Program-made: the position numbers and the translations under genes | The notes under the pieces: generated by a model | Databases searched by the model: none | Told to the model about the DNA's origin: nothing | What the model saw: the letters and a program-made list of their open reading frames with translations, nothing else | In this document: positions 13,086 to 26,453 of the stretch, in pieces | Position numbering within the stretch: the stretch's first letter is position 1 | Layout of the letters: each line of letters begins with the position of its first letter | Origin: Epiperipatus broadwayi | Lineage: Eukaryota > Animalia > Onychophora | Assembly (NCBI GenBank): GCA_028023455.1 | Contig: JAQFVV010000004.1 | Coordinates: 16,926,001-16,990,000 of the forward strand | Length of the DNA stretch: 64,000 nucleotides | Direction: 5' to 3'

Positions 13086-16000
13086 GTAAGAATTTTGCAA
13101 TAGTATTTAATATATATTTGTGTGTATATATATATTTACAAGAAACTTTTTGAATGTAGTTGATGAATTTGTTAAAACATTTCATGGAGTGAAATCATGT
13201 TAATTAAATATGACAAACTATGGAAAAAAGAGCTAATGAAGTTTAAAAATCTGTAATAAAATTTTTAAAATTATTATTTTATTACCAATCAACTTTAAAG
13301 AAGAATAGATGTATCATAATTCATTTAAGTACATACTCCTTATATCAAATATTTGATTAGAAATCTTTATTTAAAGTATTTGTAATTTGAACTATTTTTA
13401 TTTTCATTTCTCTTCATATTAAGGTCAGAATCAAATTTCACAAGTTATTTTTAAAATTTTTGGAATGAATATTTTATTTTTGTCTAGTTGCATGATTTGT
13501 TACAATAGTGGAATGGCAAATTCTTGAACTCAAGATTCGTGGATCAGTGTCCAGCTCTTTCATTCCTGGCATTCAAATTCCTTATGAACTCCTGAACAGT
13601 AAATCATTTGTCTATTTTTATTAATGCTCATTTATAATAATGTGAAAATAGATTTTTCTTTGAAAAGGGTTTTGGACAAATTAGAAGTTGACTTTCTTCA
13701 TCTACATACAAATGTTGCAGAAGATTTGCGTAATAATGCTCGATGATATAGCAACTCCATGATATAATTAAAAATGATTGTGAGTAGGTTTACAGAAAAA
13801 GATAATTTGTATTTTTGCATTAACACTTTTGAGTGATCATCATAATAGATTTTTCTTACCTGAAAATATATGTAATTTACATATTTTGTCTTTTGTATGT
13901 AAATCATATATATATATTAAATTGCTAACAATAAAAGATGGAGGTAGTGAGGGATTGTGAAAGAAGATGTTAATACAAAGATAGATTTATATATTGGTAT
14001 GGAATTAAATGAGTACGCTAAATAGATATCATGCTTTCAAATGTTTATTGGTTTAAATATGAATATTTATTAGCATTGATGAATTTAAGTCCCTTTGAAA
14101 GAAGAGCATCCCTCAAAAAAGAAGACACTATGGTGGCTTAATAAACTCATGTTTGTAAGAATTCTATTATGAAATGACAACAATGTTATTAGTTATATAA
14201 GCTCCTCGTAAAGACTTTTAGAAATATGTTTCCTCAAAAATCATTGTACTTTGATATTGTGTTATAGAATTATCCTGTTGGGATTATAATGTGATAAAGA
14301 TGTACATTCTTTCACATACATCCAGCTAAAGAAAGCACTATCATTTTAGTTAGTGCTATCTGATGTAGTAAAATAGTTTAACTTTTAGTGATTGTTTTAC
14401 AAATGTCTCATATAATTTATTATTGAAATAATACAATCAGTTTATTGAAATAACATAATCTTTATTTTATAAAGTTTTACATGATATTTAATTAATGTTC
14501 ATTTGAGAGACATTTTTCAAATTACCATTAAAAGTTAAATTATTTTACTACATCAGATATATTTCTTGTTCACCAAAATATAAGTTCCCTTATCATCCAA
14601 ACATATTAATCTTCTGCTTTCTTAATAGCATAAATAATAAAATATAGTCCACTAGTCATATTCTTCACCCTTATTAACTCTTATAAATAGGTATATATAA
14701 AAATGTCTATTAAAATTAAGGATTTGACTAAATGGGTAATTTGTACTATAATGTCCTTCAGATAAATAAATGTAACTTGATTTATAATAAAATTCTAGAA
14801 ATAATATTAATATTTACCTGGTCAATGCTCTTTATTATTTGTTGCATTTTTTATCCTATATTCTTTCTTAAACATAAACAAACTTTATCTGCATAAATTC
14901 AAATGACAGCATACACATTGTGTGTTTTTTTTTAAATTAAATTGTATATACTAATTTAAACTTAAATAAAATAACATTTTTAAAACATATGAATAAATTA
15001 TGTAAATGAACCTAACTTATAGAAATATTATTGTGTTAGCATTTTTCACTAAGAATGAACATTAATTTGCAGACAAATTATTTGATTGCATAGAAATATA
15101 TACATGTTTTAAAATTTAATATTATTATCTTTCTGTTTTTTTTATTTACATTCATTTCTTTTTTTATATTATTCTATGTCAGTTATAGTTATATATCTAC
15201 TATAGGGGCTTCATTTTTCACCAATTTGTGAAGTTTCAATATGGGCTTCTTATTTTCTTGGAGAGATTATATAGTTTTCATCTGATGATTAATAATGATC
15301 ACTGGGTTTCTTTTACAGTAGATAAGTAAAGTTTCATTTTAAATTGTTTATAATTGTCATTATGTAGGAGAAAATTTGATTTCACAACTTTTGAAGAAGC
15401 AAGAAAAGAGGATTTATTAAGAAAAAAATATTATTTTTTCCTCTATATTTTTTTACTGCTCATGTTTTAAATTTTGGCAGAGATAGTATATAGATTTCCT
15501 GATATCAGAATTCATAATTATTATTATTTTCAAAAACATAAACAACTGGGATTCAATTTTATTTTTATATTAACAAGGGAAAAAATGATATAAATAATTT
15601 TCTAAATTTCCATGTTATTAAATAAATAAATGAATAAATCTATTTTTGTTAATGTGCTTACATCAATTTATTCTAAATCACATTGCTTATCATTAAAATT
15701 GAATAATGTTTTTTATATATTATTGGTAAAGTATTATTAATATAATTTTTAATACATTTATTTGATGTTGTGTTTACATTGACATACACATTTACACACA
15801 TATACACTTCATTTGTCTAAATAAGTGTATAGATATAGTAATTGTAAGTAAATATATTGATGAATATAAACGTGAATTAATTTAATTCTGTTTACTGTTG
15901 ATTTTATTTTCATTTTCTTTTATTAATTAACCTGACTCCTTTGGTTATCCATAACAATATATAATTATTTTTAACTTTAGAGATAAAATTATTAGGATAA

Positions 16001-17550
16001 ATAATATTTGAAAACATAAATATAAGTAAAGCAGTTTTATAATAAAAATATTAGGAATTGGTTTCAAAAGGTATTGGAATTATTATTGTAACTGAATCAA
16101 AAAAGTAAGATTTTTAAACTTTCTGGTTTTTGTATGTCTGGGTTTTTTTCCATATTCCATCATTTTCATTGAAAATAACTTACCAGATATAAATTTTTTT
16201 TAAACAGATGTCATAATTTTATTTTTAGTTTTTTTTTCAGTAGATGAAATTTAAAATCATGCCTAAATATTATTTTTATATGATGAACCTGAATTCATTT
16301 AGATTAACTACAGAAAAAAAAAAATAGCTACTGTTTATAAGACAAATAAAGTGAAAAAATAAGTAATTTTTTTTTTATATCAAAATATTAAAATAATTGT
16401 TTTAATAAATGAATAACATTGTTAAGTGCTTTTATTTTTAAATATTCATATTTTTATTTTGTATGATTTGAGAAGGGAAGTTAGCAACTTTTATTTTATT
16501 ATCTTCATAATTATATATATGAACAAAAAAGGTATTATTTTTTTCAACATTATTTCTGAAGATATGTAAAATAAAAATTTAGTAGAAAATATAATTTTTT
16601 CAAACAAATATACTAGACAAATGTAGAAATATTTAATTACCATATACACACAAAACAGTACATATATATGCATAAACCTCCTATAGGAAACAAACAGCTA
16701 GAAAGTAACACCAAGTAAGGGTCACTTTTTTATTTTTTAATATATATTTAATAAAAATATGTTGAAAATAAAAATGCTCAAGACATGAAAATAGTGGATA
16801 GCTAGAGGGTTAATATTAAAACTAAAAACAACTACTTTAAATATATGTGACATTACTCTGATATTTTACTTATATGTTATATGTATTTCTACTGAATGTT
16901 TTCATTTGTATTTAAATTCATAATTTCATACAATATATGAAATATATGTGGTATTATTAACATACTAATACAATAAATAAATAGAACAGGTTATATAATT
17001 TTCAGCAATAATTTTGTTGGACTTTATAACAGGGGTCGGCAACCTATGGCACCCGTGCCGTCTTTTTTTTTTTTACATTCAACATTGAATTTACAATCAA
17101 ATCATCATTTATCAAAAAATAATACACTTGAATTCATTTAAAAGATATTTTTGTTTGCAAGCAAAATAAATTCTACATATTCACATTTTACTTCTGATAA
17201 TATTAAAAAATGAGATCGTAATCCAAATAAAAAGCTTATTATGTTATCAATTCTAGAAAGCTATTTTTGGTAGTTGAATGGTGGTGCTTTTTTCAAAAAA
17301 GATTATCATGGCATAGTGACTGAGAGATTCCCAAACTGTCCCACGAAGACAAAAACGTGATATTCGCTCTCTTCAAGACTCTTGGACAAATGAATATGGA
17401 TTTGTACAGCAAAAAGATCGTGCTATGTGTACATTATGCTGTGAAAGTATTGTGTGTCGTACCTCAAGTGTACAAAGACATTATCAAACTAAACATTTGT
17501 TCATGTTTAAAAACTCAGATGAGAAAAGTGAAGCTATAAAAAGGGCTATA

Positions 17551-17779
17551 AATAGTCAAAATAAGAGTCATAGATCACATGATCATATTCTCTTAAGCTT
17601 GTAAGTTATAAACAATGAGGATTGCCAATTCCCCAGCAAGCTTTGTGATAAATGCTTAGCCAGAGAAAGCATTTAAAATATCTCTGTCAGGAACCCCCCC
17701 CCTCAAACCCCTGACCATAGTTTCATGCTTTGGCACTCATCAGAGAGATGTCAGGGTAGGTTCAGACACTAGATCTGTT
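17551..17779 (-). mobile_element. 229-bp hammerhead-bearing insertion inside the hAT transposase
   Basis: Removing it restores the reading EAIKRAI|SAFKKQT. No TSD is visible. It contains the hammerhead at 17708-17748. Confidence 0.7.
17708..17748 (-). ncRNA. Type I minimal hammerhead ribozyme (complete catalytic core)
   Basis: Minus strand TCTCT-CTGATGA-GTGC-CAAA-GCAT-GAAA-CTATG-GTC-AGGGG. Stem I is 5 bp with wobbles, stem II is 4 bp, stem III ACTATGGT is one base from the palindrome ACCATGGT, and the triplet is GUC. Confidence 0.8.
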
Positions 17780-20700
17780 TCTGCCTTTAAAAAACAAACT
17801 ACTTATTTTATTCAAATAATTGGAACCCAAAATAAAACCACCAAATGTAGTTATACAATTACTCATGTGGCTTCGAAAGGCAAATCTTTCACAGATGGAT
17901 AATTCATCAAAGAAACGTTTTTGAAAAGTACTGAGATCTTATTCAGTGTTCTACCTAATAAACAAACAATACTGTCTCAAATTCAAGAAATACCAGCTTT
18001 TGCAAGATCAATTCAAAGAAAAATAACTGACATGGCTGAAGATGTAACAACAAAACAGAAAAACAGTTTACAACAAGCTGTTGCATTTAGTGTTGCTCTT
18101 GATGAAAGCACTGATGTAAATGATGTGGCACGCCTAGCAATAGTTGCATGATATTGTGACAACAATCATATTTATGAAGAACTGTGTTGCTTGATTTTCC
18201 TTACTGGTACAACAAAGGGACATGACATTTTCACTGCATTTTTCAATTATTTTGGAAAATCAAAAAATTAACATAAATAAAATATTTAGTGTTACTACTG
18301 ATGCTAGCCATGCAATGGTCGGAAAGGAAAAGAGATTTGCTAAACTTCTTGAAAATCATATTGAACATTGAATATTGAGTTTCTACTGCATTATACACCA
18401 GGAAAATTTAGTTGCAAAAATCTCACCACAATGCTTGAATTCTGTAATGGACAGTGTCATTAAAATATTTAATTTCATTGTTTCTTGTTCTTCATTAACA
18501 CATAGGTAATTTAAATTTCTCTTGCAATAAATGAATAGTACATATATAGACCTCCCTCTACACAGCAATGCTTGTTGTATTAGTCAAGGTAATGTCTCGA
18601 ACAGGTTTGTATCATGTCTAAAAGAAATCAAGATATTTCCTCATGGAAAAGAACAACACATCCAGAAATAAATGATGAAGACTGGTTATGCAAATTGATG
18701 TTTCTGACTGATATAACTCAACACTTGAATGAGTTAAACTTGCATTTGCAAAGGAAGGGACAAACAGTACAAGAACTTTTTGAATATTGGAAAGGATTTG
18801 CATCAAAATTAGATATATTTTGGCATGATATTATCACTAACACCTACAAGTACTTTCCAAATGTAAAGACCCATGCAAATCTAATTTAACATTAAAAAGA
18901 TGAACTTCAAAAATACATTGAAGCTCTCAGAGAAGAATTTTCCAAATAATGTGAAGACTTCCAAATACACACCTATATTTTTTTCCATCATCAAACCTGA
19001 CTTAATTGATTTAAAGATGACTATTTGATTTATCTCTTTTTGAGTGGATGGATATTGATAGGTTTGAAATGGAATTAATTAATGTCATCAGAATTGTGGA
19101 AAACTAAATTTGTAGAATTGTGGAAAACTCTTGAAGGGAACTGTCTAGAAAAGTTGGCTGTCATTCTCAATTGTTGGATATTAATTCTTTGAAAAACACT
19201 GCTTGTGCTCTGCTTTTGGCATTTGTTTCGACTTACTTATGTGAACAAATTTTCTCACATATAAAAATATTTTGAGTTCACACAGAAATTGCCTAACACC
19301 TGAACATTCAGAAGCATGTTTGAAGCCAAAAGTGACCATTTACATACCTGACACTGAGCAATTGAGCAAAGAGATACAAGGCCAAGATTCACATTATTTT
19401 AATAATAAAAAAATGGCTAATCATATTAGAATTCATGATATTTTGTTCTTATTTAAATTGTAAATTTTGTATGGATAAAAAGTTGTAATTTATAATTTGT
19501 AATATAATTTTTAATAAGCATGTTAAAAATTACAAATTTAAAAAAAAAAAGGTACTTTTCACATGATTCTAAGTATTTTAAAATATTGAATGGCCAATAA
19601 TATAAGATCCAATTTCAATGGATTTCAAAAGTATATATTATATAGTAGTATATATGTCGGCATGCGGAATAACATTGTAACATAGGTTCGGCACCACACT
19701 ACTAAAAGGTTGCTGACCCCTGCTTTATAAAGTTATATGCAGAAAAAATGCCACAGGATAATTTTTTCATATATTCATTGATTGCAGTAAAGATACATTG
19801 TTAGAAAAGTAAAGTATTGCGGGGTACAAATTGAGTGGTAAATCAAGCATTGTTTTATTGTCTGAGAAAAAAGATCATTTATAGTCTTGCCCCATCCCAA
19901 GTGTGATTATATAATCCAATGGAAACCAATATTTGATCATGATTTCTTATTGATTTAAGCTCATTAATAAGTATGTTAGGAAACCTTTATACATCTTGTG
20001 TACGAGAGAGCAAATAACATGAAATTGGTGATATAAATAATAGAAAAGAAACTCTGGGAAAATTAGTAATTAATAGACTGCTTGATTCAGAATCCAGTGA
20101 AAGAGTAACATGCATTTAGTCTTAAATATTTTGTATAGCAGAGCACTTTAACATATGGTCTATAATTTCATTTTTCTGTGGCACATCAAATATGTCTGAT
20201 CTATTAGTGTAAAGGATTATATATATTTTAGAAAAAATAAGATTAGCAGGGCATAAAGATTTAATTTTATTAAAAAATCAAAAACCTTTAAGTTCTAGTG
20301 ATCAGAATTAGAACATCATAGAATATTGGAAACTTAAATCAACATTAAAAAACAATAATAACTATTTATTTTAATATCTTTTTTTAGTAAACATTTGAAG
20401 TGTGTTCTGTGTATTGTGTGCTGTATTAAGTCTACTTATTTTATATCTGCATTACAAAGGCCTCATATTGCAATGATAGTCCTCAGTCTATTGGGTCTAT
20501 CAACTTATTGGGTAAAACCTGAACATTTTTTCAGGTTCTAATTAAGTTTATGATTTTTTTTTCAGATCACCATCCTAGTTAATCTTCCAATATTGGGTTG
20601 GGTATCTAGCTATTCTTGATAAGAAAATAAAACAAAAATGAAAAAACCCAAATTCTCATCACCTGGAAATTGGAAAGTTTGATAAATAATGCTTTCTTCT

Positions 20701-21494
20701 TCACCGTCCCCCTATAAGTGATTTTTGGAAATGTTTTTGATCTGTAATGGATTTATTTAAAGACTTTACATTATTATCTATATCTAAATCGAATCTTTAT
20801 ATTAATAAAAAATAAAGTTTTAGCAATTGAGATTTTTTTTTTTTTTTTTAATTTCATTTTCATGCTATAATAATGTTCATGTCATTATTCTGATATTTGA
20901 AAGATAAAAGTATCTTTTTTATTTTAAAAGAAAAAGTGAAGATAACAATTAGGAGAGCAATTGAACAGTTTTCTGTTTTAGTTCAAAGTGACAAATTAAA
21001 AAAATAAAGAGTATAGATACTTATTTGTATTAATTAATTTTCTTAAGATAGAGTGATAGCAAACATGAAAGCATATAGTAGTGAGAATATTAGGTTTACA
21101 GAAAATGCGAATGAGGCAGGAAAGAAATTGAAAAGTAGAAAGGCAAGAGGTTTGGGTGGATGGGCAGCAGAGATGGTAATGAATTTAGGGCATAGGGCAA
21201 AATTAAAACTATTATCATGTTTTTTTTAATAAGATGGCACAGAAAAGAGATTTTCCGGGTAGTTGGAGTAATACAAGCGTAAGACTATTGTTTAAAGGAA
21301 AGGGTAAGGATTATAGAAAGTTAAACAATTATAGACCGATAGTGGTAACATCAGTGCTATATGAATTTTTCTCATATATAGTGACTGGAAGGGTTGAAAA
21401 TGGATGGAAGAAAATAATATAGTGGGAGAAATGCAAGGAAGTTTTCAATTGGATAGGCATATAGGAAATAGTTTATTTGTAGTTACACAATTAC

Positions 21495-21721
21495 AAAAAA
21501 AATCAAGTCAGATGTCTCATGACCTAATTTAATAAGCTTGTATTTACAAATGTTATATATAGAGCTCGCAAAACAAGCTCTTAAGCCAGTAGCAGAAACC
21601 GGTCTGAAGTTGGAAGTATTCTACAAAGCTTGTTAAGAGTTTGTTTTGCGAGCTCTATATATAACATTTGTAAATACAAGCTTATTAAATTAGGTCATGT
21701 GACATCTGACTTTATTTTTTT
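21495..21721. repeat. Inverted repeat, ~90-bp arms (21495-21584 / 21633-21721), 48-nt spacer
   Basis: About 3 mismatches and 1 indel by eye. The spacer holds the 3' half of a hammerhead (GAAAC-CG-GTC). Confidence 0.9.
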
Positions 21722-21822
21722 ATAGTTTTATTTTTTGCTATGATGGCTTTGACGATTTATATTGCTAAAGCTATTAATATATGGTAAATAATATTTATTT
21801 TATAAAGCGCAGACAGTATTGA

Positions 21823-22273
21823 AATTAAACTGAGAGACTGCAAACTTCTCAAGCGCTTATGACTATCAACAGCCAATCAGATCATTACACTGAGACAGAG
21901 AATTTAACAAGAAAAGGGTGGTTCCACCCTCTTCTTTACTTGTCTTTCTATATATCCAAGCCAGTCTAAAATACTTAGATCTGAAAGCATGAATCTTAAA
22001 TATCTTCACACTCAACTCAGTCTAAAGTACTTGGATCTGAAAGCATGAATCTTAAATATTTTCACACTCAACTCACTGAGTTGAGTGTGAATATATTTAA
22101 GATTCACACTTTCAGATCTAAGGACTTTAGATTGGCTTGGATATATAGAAAGACAAGTAAAGAAGAGGGTGGAACCACCCTTTTCTTGTTAAATTCTCTG
22201 TCTTAGTGTAACGATCTGATTGGCTGTTGATAGTCATAAGCGCTTGAGAAGTTTGCTGTCTCTCAGTTTAATT
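21823..22273. repeat. Near-perfect palindrome, ~197-bp arms, 1-nt centre, 56-bp tandem duplication in left arm
   Basis: Left arm 21823-22075 pairs with right arm 22077-22273 around ctca-c-tgag. The unit 21963-22018 is repeated at 22019-22074. Confidence 0.95.
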
Positions 22274-22444
22274 AATATATGGTGTATCTGAACTTAATTC
22301 TGTCCCATATGGCTATTTAAGTTAGATAGTTGGATTGGAAGACATGTGGATGTCTGAAAATTTCAGATTTTCTACTTAATATACATTAGATAAAGTGTTG
22401 GGCTTGTCCTGGTATTTTTAATCTAATGATTGAATATCCTAGCA

Positions 22445-22482
22445 CTTCATTGAGAGCGCCAGTAGCAGAAACTGGTCTGAGG
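22445..22482 (+). ncRNA. Degenerate hammerhead motif
   Basis: CTTCA-TTGAGA-GCGCCAGTAGCA-GAAAC-TG-GTC-TGAGG. Stem I (CTTCA/TGAGG, TGAAG in the first copy) and GUC are intact; the CUGANGA box is mutated. Confidence 0.5.
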
Positions 22483-23804
22483 TTGGCGATATTCTACTAA
22501 GCTTGTTAAGAGCTTGTTTTGTGAGCTCTATGTATAACAGTAGTTACACAATTTATGGATATGAATAGGAATACAGATAGACAGTTATATATGGTTTTAT
22601 AGATATAGAGAAGGTGTATGATAGAGTAAATAGAAATAGATTATAGATAAGTTTAGTAAATTTGAGAATGGATGGAGCTTTAGTGGATATTGTTAAGAAA
22701 TTATATGAAAATAATTACTATACATATCAATTAGGGAATATAGAATCATTTAAAGTTTAAAATGGGATGGGACTAAGGCAAGGATGCTCTATGTCACCTA
22801 TTTTGTTTTTTTTTGTATTTAAGAGAAATGGAGAGAGCAATAGAGAGACTAGGAAGAGGGGTAGAGATACCATTAATAGGTGGTAAGGGACTATATACAT
22901 TGTCAGGTCTTTTATTTGAGGTTGATGTCTTTTTATGCGCAGAAAAAAGGGAAGATATGGAAGTTATGCTGAGGACATAAGCAAGGGTGGATAAAGAGAT
23001 GGGAATTAAATTTAGTGAAGAAAAATCAAAAGTAATGATGATTAATATTGGGGGGGGGGGGGAGACAAAGAATTTTTATTGTGGGATATAAAGTTAAGTG
23101 TGGTGATTAGGTATAATTATTTGGGAATCATCTTAAGTAATAAGAGGAATTGCTAATTATCCAATATTGGTTAGTAAATTACTATTTAGGTGTTCTTAGC
23201 TAAAGAATAAAACAAGGATGGAAAAAGTCAAAGTTTTCCAAGTAGCAATTGGCAAGTCTGCTTGGTAACATTTCTACTTCACTAGTTTGTTGAAGAGACC
23301 TTTAACCTTTGATCAGCTGCTTAAAAGCTGTTTTACTTTTTGGTGTATACATATGAGTGTATAAGTAAATGCAAAAATCTCTCCAGATCTTACTACAAAA
23401 TAGAAGTGAAAGAGAAAAAAATAGTAATATGATTGCCAACAGTGAGGTAGTGAGAGATTTAATGTTTTTATTTTAATAGTAACTAGGTACTTATTTCTGT
23501 TGTGAACAATTGAAGTGCAATCCAGGTTTACCATGGACAGATTATTTCAAAGAAAAATCCTATTTGTTTGAAAATTCTCAGTTATGTAAAAAAAAAAAAA
23601 ATGTTTTACACGATCTCAAATCCCAAGTTACGAATATGCAGACAGAAAAAAATAACCATTAAACCATGAATGCTCATTCCTCCCTTTCTTTTTCTTCTCT
23701 CTATATAAATAGATAGGTAATATAAATATAAATGCAAATTTAAATATTTTATATATATACTGCATATACATGTAAGCACAATAATTTTTTTTATTATTAT
23801 ATAG

Positions 23805-23861
23805 CATGGTAATTATAGTCGTACTATTGTTTTACAAGTGTTGGCAAAAAGTAAACATTTG
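23805..23861 (+). CDS. TBC1D32: TBC1D32 homologue coding exon
   Basis: tatag|CAT...TTG|gtaaga, phase 0 to 0. HGNYSRTIVLQVLAKSKHL vs recalled [20 protein letters not shown]. Confidence 0.9.
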
Positions 23862-24211
23862 GTAAGATACTATTTTAGATTACAGGAAATTTATTAAAGT
23901 TGTAAATGTATATTCTATAAATGTATTACTGTATATTGTTTTTATAAAAATAGTTTTTTAAAAAAATATCTCTGACTTTTAATAATCATGTCTCTCAAGA
24001 AATTATTTTTTATTCTACAGCATAGAAGATGTTTCATAAATTCAACATTATTGGGTTAAAGTGCATTATATTTTTATTCTTTCACATATTGTGATCTCTC
24101 TGATAAAGGAAAAATATATTCAAATAATTCTAACTCTTAGAAATTAAAATCGAAGAGAAATTGCTATAAAATGCGATATTACATTCAAACCATGAGACAA
24201 TTGCACAGTTA

Positions 24212-24369
24212 TGTTAGCAGACTTGCTGTATATATATTTTTTCTCATAAATGCTTTATTATATATATAAGGACATTACATTGATTACATGATGCAAGGAA
24301 CTAAATTGAATACAGAGTTAGAAGAAAGGTCACGTGATCGTCTCTACTGTTGGGGCAGCGGAATGTACA
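24212..24369 (-). mobile_element. Possible short LTR remnant with adjacent polypurine-like tract
   Basis: TG...CA termini; the minus strand reads GGTGGGCGAAGGGTGTAT immediately before TGTACA. No partner LTR or TSD was found. Confidence 0.25.
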
Positions 24370-25472
24370 ATACACCCTTCGCCCACCTCAATCGTCCATT
24401 GATATCAAGTCCCATCTAATTTTGTAGACGAATGACAGTGCTAATCTTTTGCCTCTCTCCTCTATTGACATAAACAACAACCCATGTCAAATACTTATGA
24501 CTTGCTGTATATTTTGAGACTAAAAAATCTATGATTAAACAAATATGCTAAGTAAGAAACATTTTCTAACACTTTGAACAAAAGTGAAAAATTTCTAGCA
24601 TGATTCCAACACATCTTACTATCCAAATAGAGGAATTTTTCATCAATAATTTCCTGATTATTAGATAAGCTATAGAACATTTGCAATAGCATATTATTGA
24701 GTCATGTAATACTTTTACTCTTGATATTACTAATCTTATGTTTGTTAAATGGGTAAAATGTCAAAAATTTGTGTATTGTATAATTATGACATATTAAATT
24801 TTTTTTGTAAAATCAACTTTTATTTATCTTTTTCATTATTTTTTCTATGTTACTGAACTTATAAGATATTGTTTATATTAATTTTGATGATATTAATTTG
24901 ATTTAATATAAAAATTAAAAGATATTTTATCATTTTTATTTATTATTAATAAATTGTTGTGTCATAATATATAAAACATTTTATTTGACTATTGTCATCA
25001 TTGTCTAAGAATTATCTCGACTTATGCATTTTTGATTATTTAAAAGTTTATAAATGTTGACTTATTTTTATTACTTTAACAATAGCATCTTTATTAAATG
25101 ATTATTTATTTTACTTATTAACATCTTTTTGGATTTTAATTTTAAATATATAAAAATATTTTTTTTAATATAAAAATATTTTATACGATTTTTTTGATTT
25201 TAAAATTTATAGAAATAGTGCTTTGGAAGGGATTTTTCATGTGACTACTTATAGATTGTGTGTATTTAAACATAAAATAAATTGTAGCAATTATTTAAAA
25301 AAAAATCAATCATGTTTTAGCTTAGCAATAGGAAACACATCAATAATAATATCAATAGGAATTTAATATTGTTTGCATTTCTTTTAAAACAATGTTTTAT
25401 AGGTTCTTAGTATTTTGAATTACATCATAAAATTTAATAATCTCTTACATCATTAAGATGAATGAGGTTTGG

Positions 25473-25549
25473 AAGATAAAAACTCATTTGATGCTCAGTT
25501 TCATTGAGGATTAAAAGATAAAAACTCATTTGATGCTCAATTTCATTGA
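25473..25549. repeat. 35-nt direct repeat (2 copies, 7-nt spacer)
   Basis: aagataaaaactcatttgatgctca(g/a)tttcattga at 25473 and 25515. Confidence 0.85.
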
Positions 25550-25758
25550 TTTTTTAGGAAAGCATTTGATTTTATTATTTTCAAAATTCATTTGTTCTTA
25601 ATTATGAATATCTCTGAATAAATAAGATGATAGTCTAATAATTAATTATTTATAATTATTATACATAAAGATTTTCTTCTTTTTTTTTAATTGAAATATA
25701 TATATATCACTATTTAATTTATCAGTGTGTAATTTTATTTTTATGGTTAATCTTTTAG

Positions 25759-25834
25759 ATTGAATTATGCAGACATCATTGCATTTTTATTGCTAAGCAG
25801 AAATTAGAAGTTCATGCTTATAAATCAAATAAAG
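25759..25834 (+). CDS. TBC1D32: TBC1D32 homologue coding exon
   Basis: cttttag|ATT...AAAG|gtaaga, phase 0 to 1. IELCRHHCIFIAKQKLEVHAYKSNK; similarity is weak, but it exactly bridges the phases of the flanking exons. Confidence 0.7.
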
Positions 25835-26453
25835 GTAAGATATTAATTTTTATTACACACACGATACTGTTAACACAGAGCAAAACTCTCCACACAGTAG
25901 CATCTCTTTGTTAACAGTTTGTAAGCATAAAGAATGGTGATTATGTGGTGTTTAGTGGTTTCATACAATATTGTTATGTGCAAGAATAAAAGTCTCCAAT
26001 AAACTTCAAATAAAATTTCAAAAAGATGATCTAAGTTCTCAATATATATTCATGTTTATTTACGTATAAATGTTGCTATATTGAAAACAAAATCTAAAAT
26101 GATTATAGCATTTTAGTATAATTTTTTTTTTCTTCACAAATTTCCAAATTTATTTATATAAAAAAACATTTATTTTTTGTATGTAAAAATTTAAAACTTG
26201 TTTTAATGTGCACTAAATAAAATAAAAAAATAATTGAATGGGCTATCTCTTGGGTGTTCATAAGGCCAATGGAAGTGACATAGTTGGAGCTACAATTCAT
26301 GTAATTTGAATTCCAGAGTCCATTATTCTATCACTAAATAGTTCATGTTTAAGTTGACATGGAATTATAAGTGTTAAATGTGATATATTTTAAAGTAAGT
26401 AAAAATGTTTAATTTGTTAATTTTTTTATTATTATTTTATTATACTTTTTTAA

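Larger units (their letters stand above)
17030..19722 (+). mobile_element. hAT DNA transposon (SPIN/Charlie/GTF2IRD2-like transposase pseudogene)
   Basis: 16-bp TIRs CAGGGGTCGGCAACCT / AGGTTGCTGACCCCTG (15/16) and 8-bp TSD CTTTATAA (17022-17029, 19723-19730). Disrupted transposase with BED-like N-terminus (CTLCCESIVCRTSSVQRHYQTKH), FSVALDESTDVNDVARLAI, WLCKLMFLTDITQHLNELNLHLQ and STYLCEQIFS motifs. Confidence 0.95.
21493..22539 (+). mobile_element. Non-autonomous Penelope-like/retrozyme-like insertion with two long hairpins and duplicated hammerhead-derived termini
   Basis: 14-bp direct repeat GTAGTTACACAATT (21479-21492, 22540-22553). Direct repeat 21585-~21666 vs 22458-22539 begins GCCAGTAGCAGAAAC(C/T)GGTCTGA. 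Internal inverted repeats are listed separately. Confidence 0.8.
21050..23140 (+). mobile_element. Degenerate non-LTR (LINE) reverse transcriptase fragment, interrupted at 21493-22539
   Basis: LKSRKARG, NYRPIVVTS, FIDIEKVYDRV, GLRQGCSMSPILF and YNYLGII motifs. Reading continues across the insertion (LFVVTQ|FMDMNR). Confidence 0.85.
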
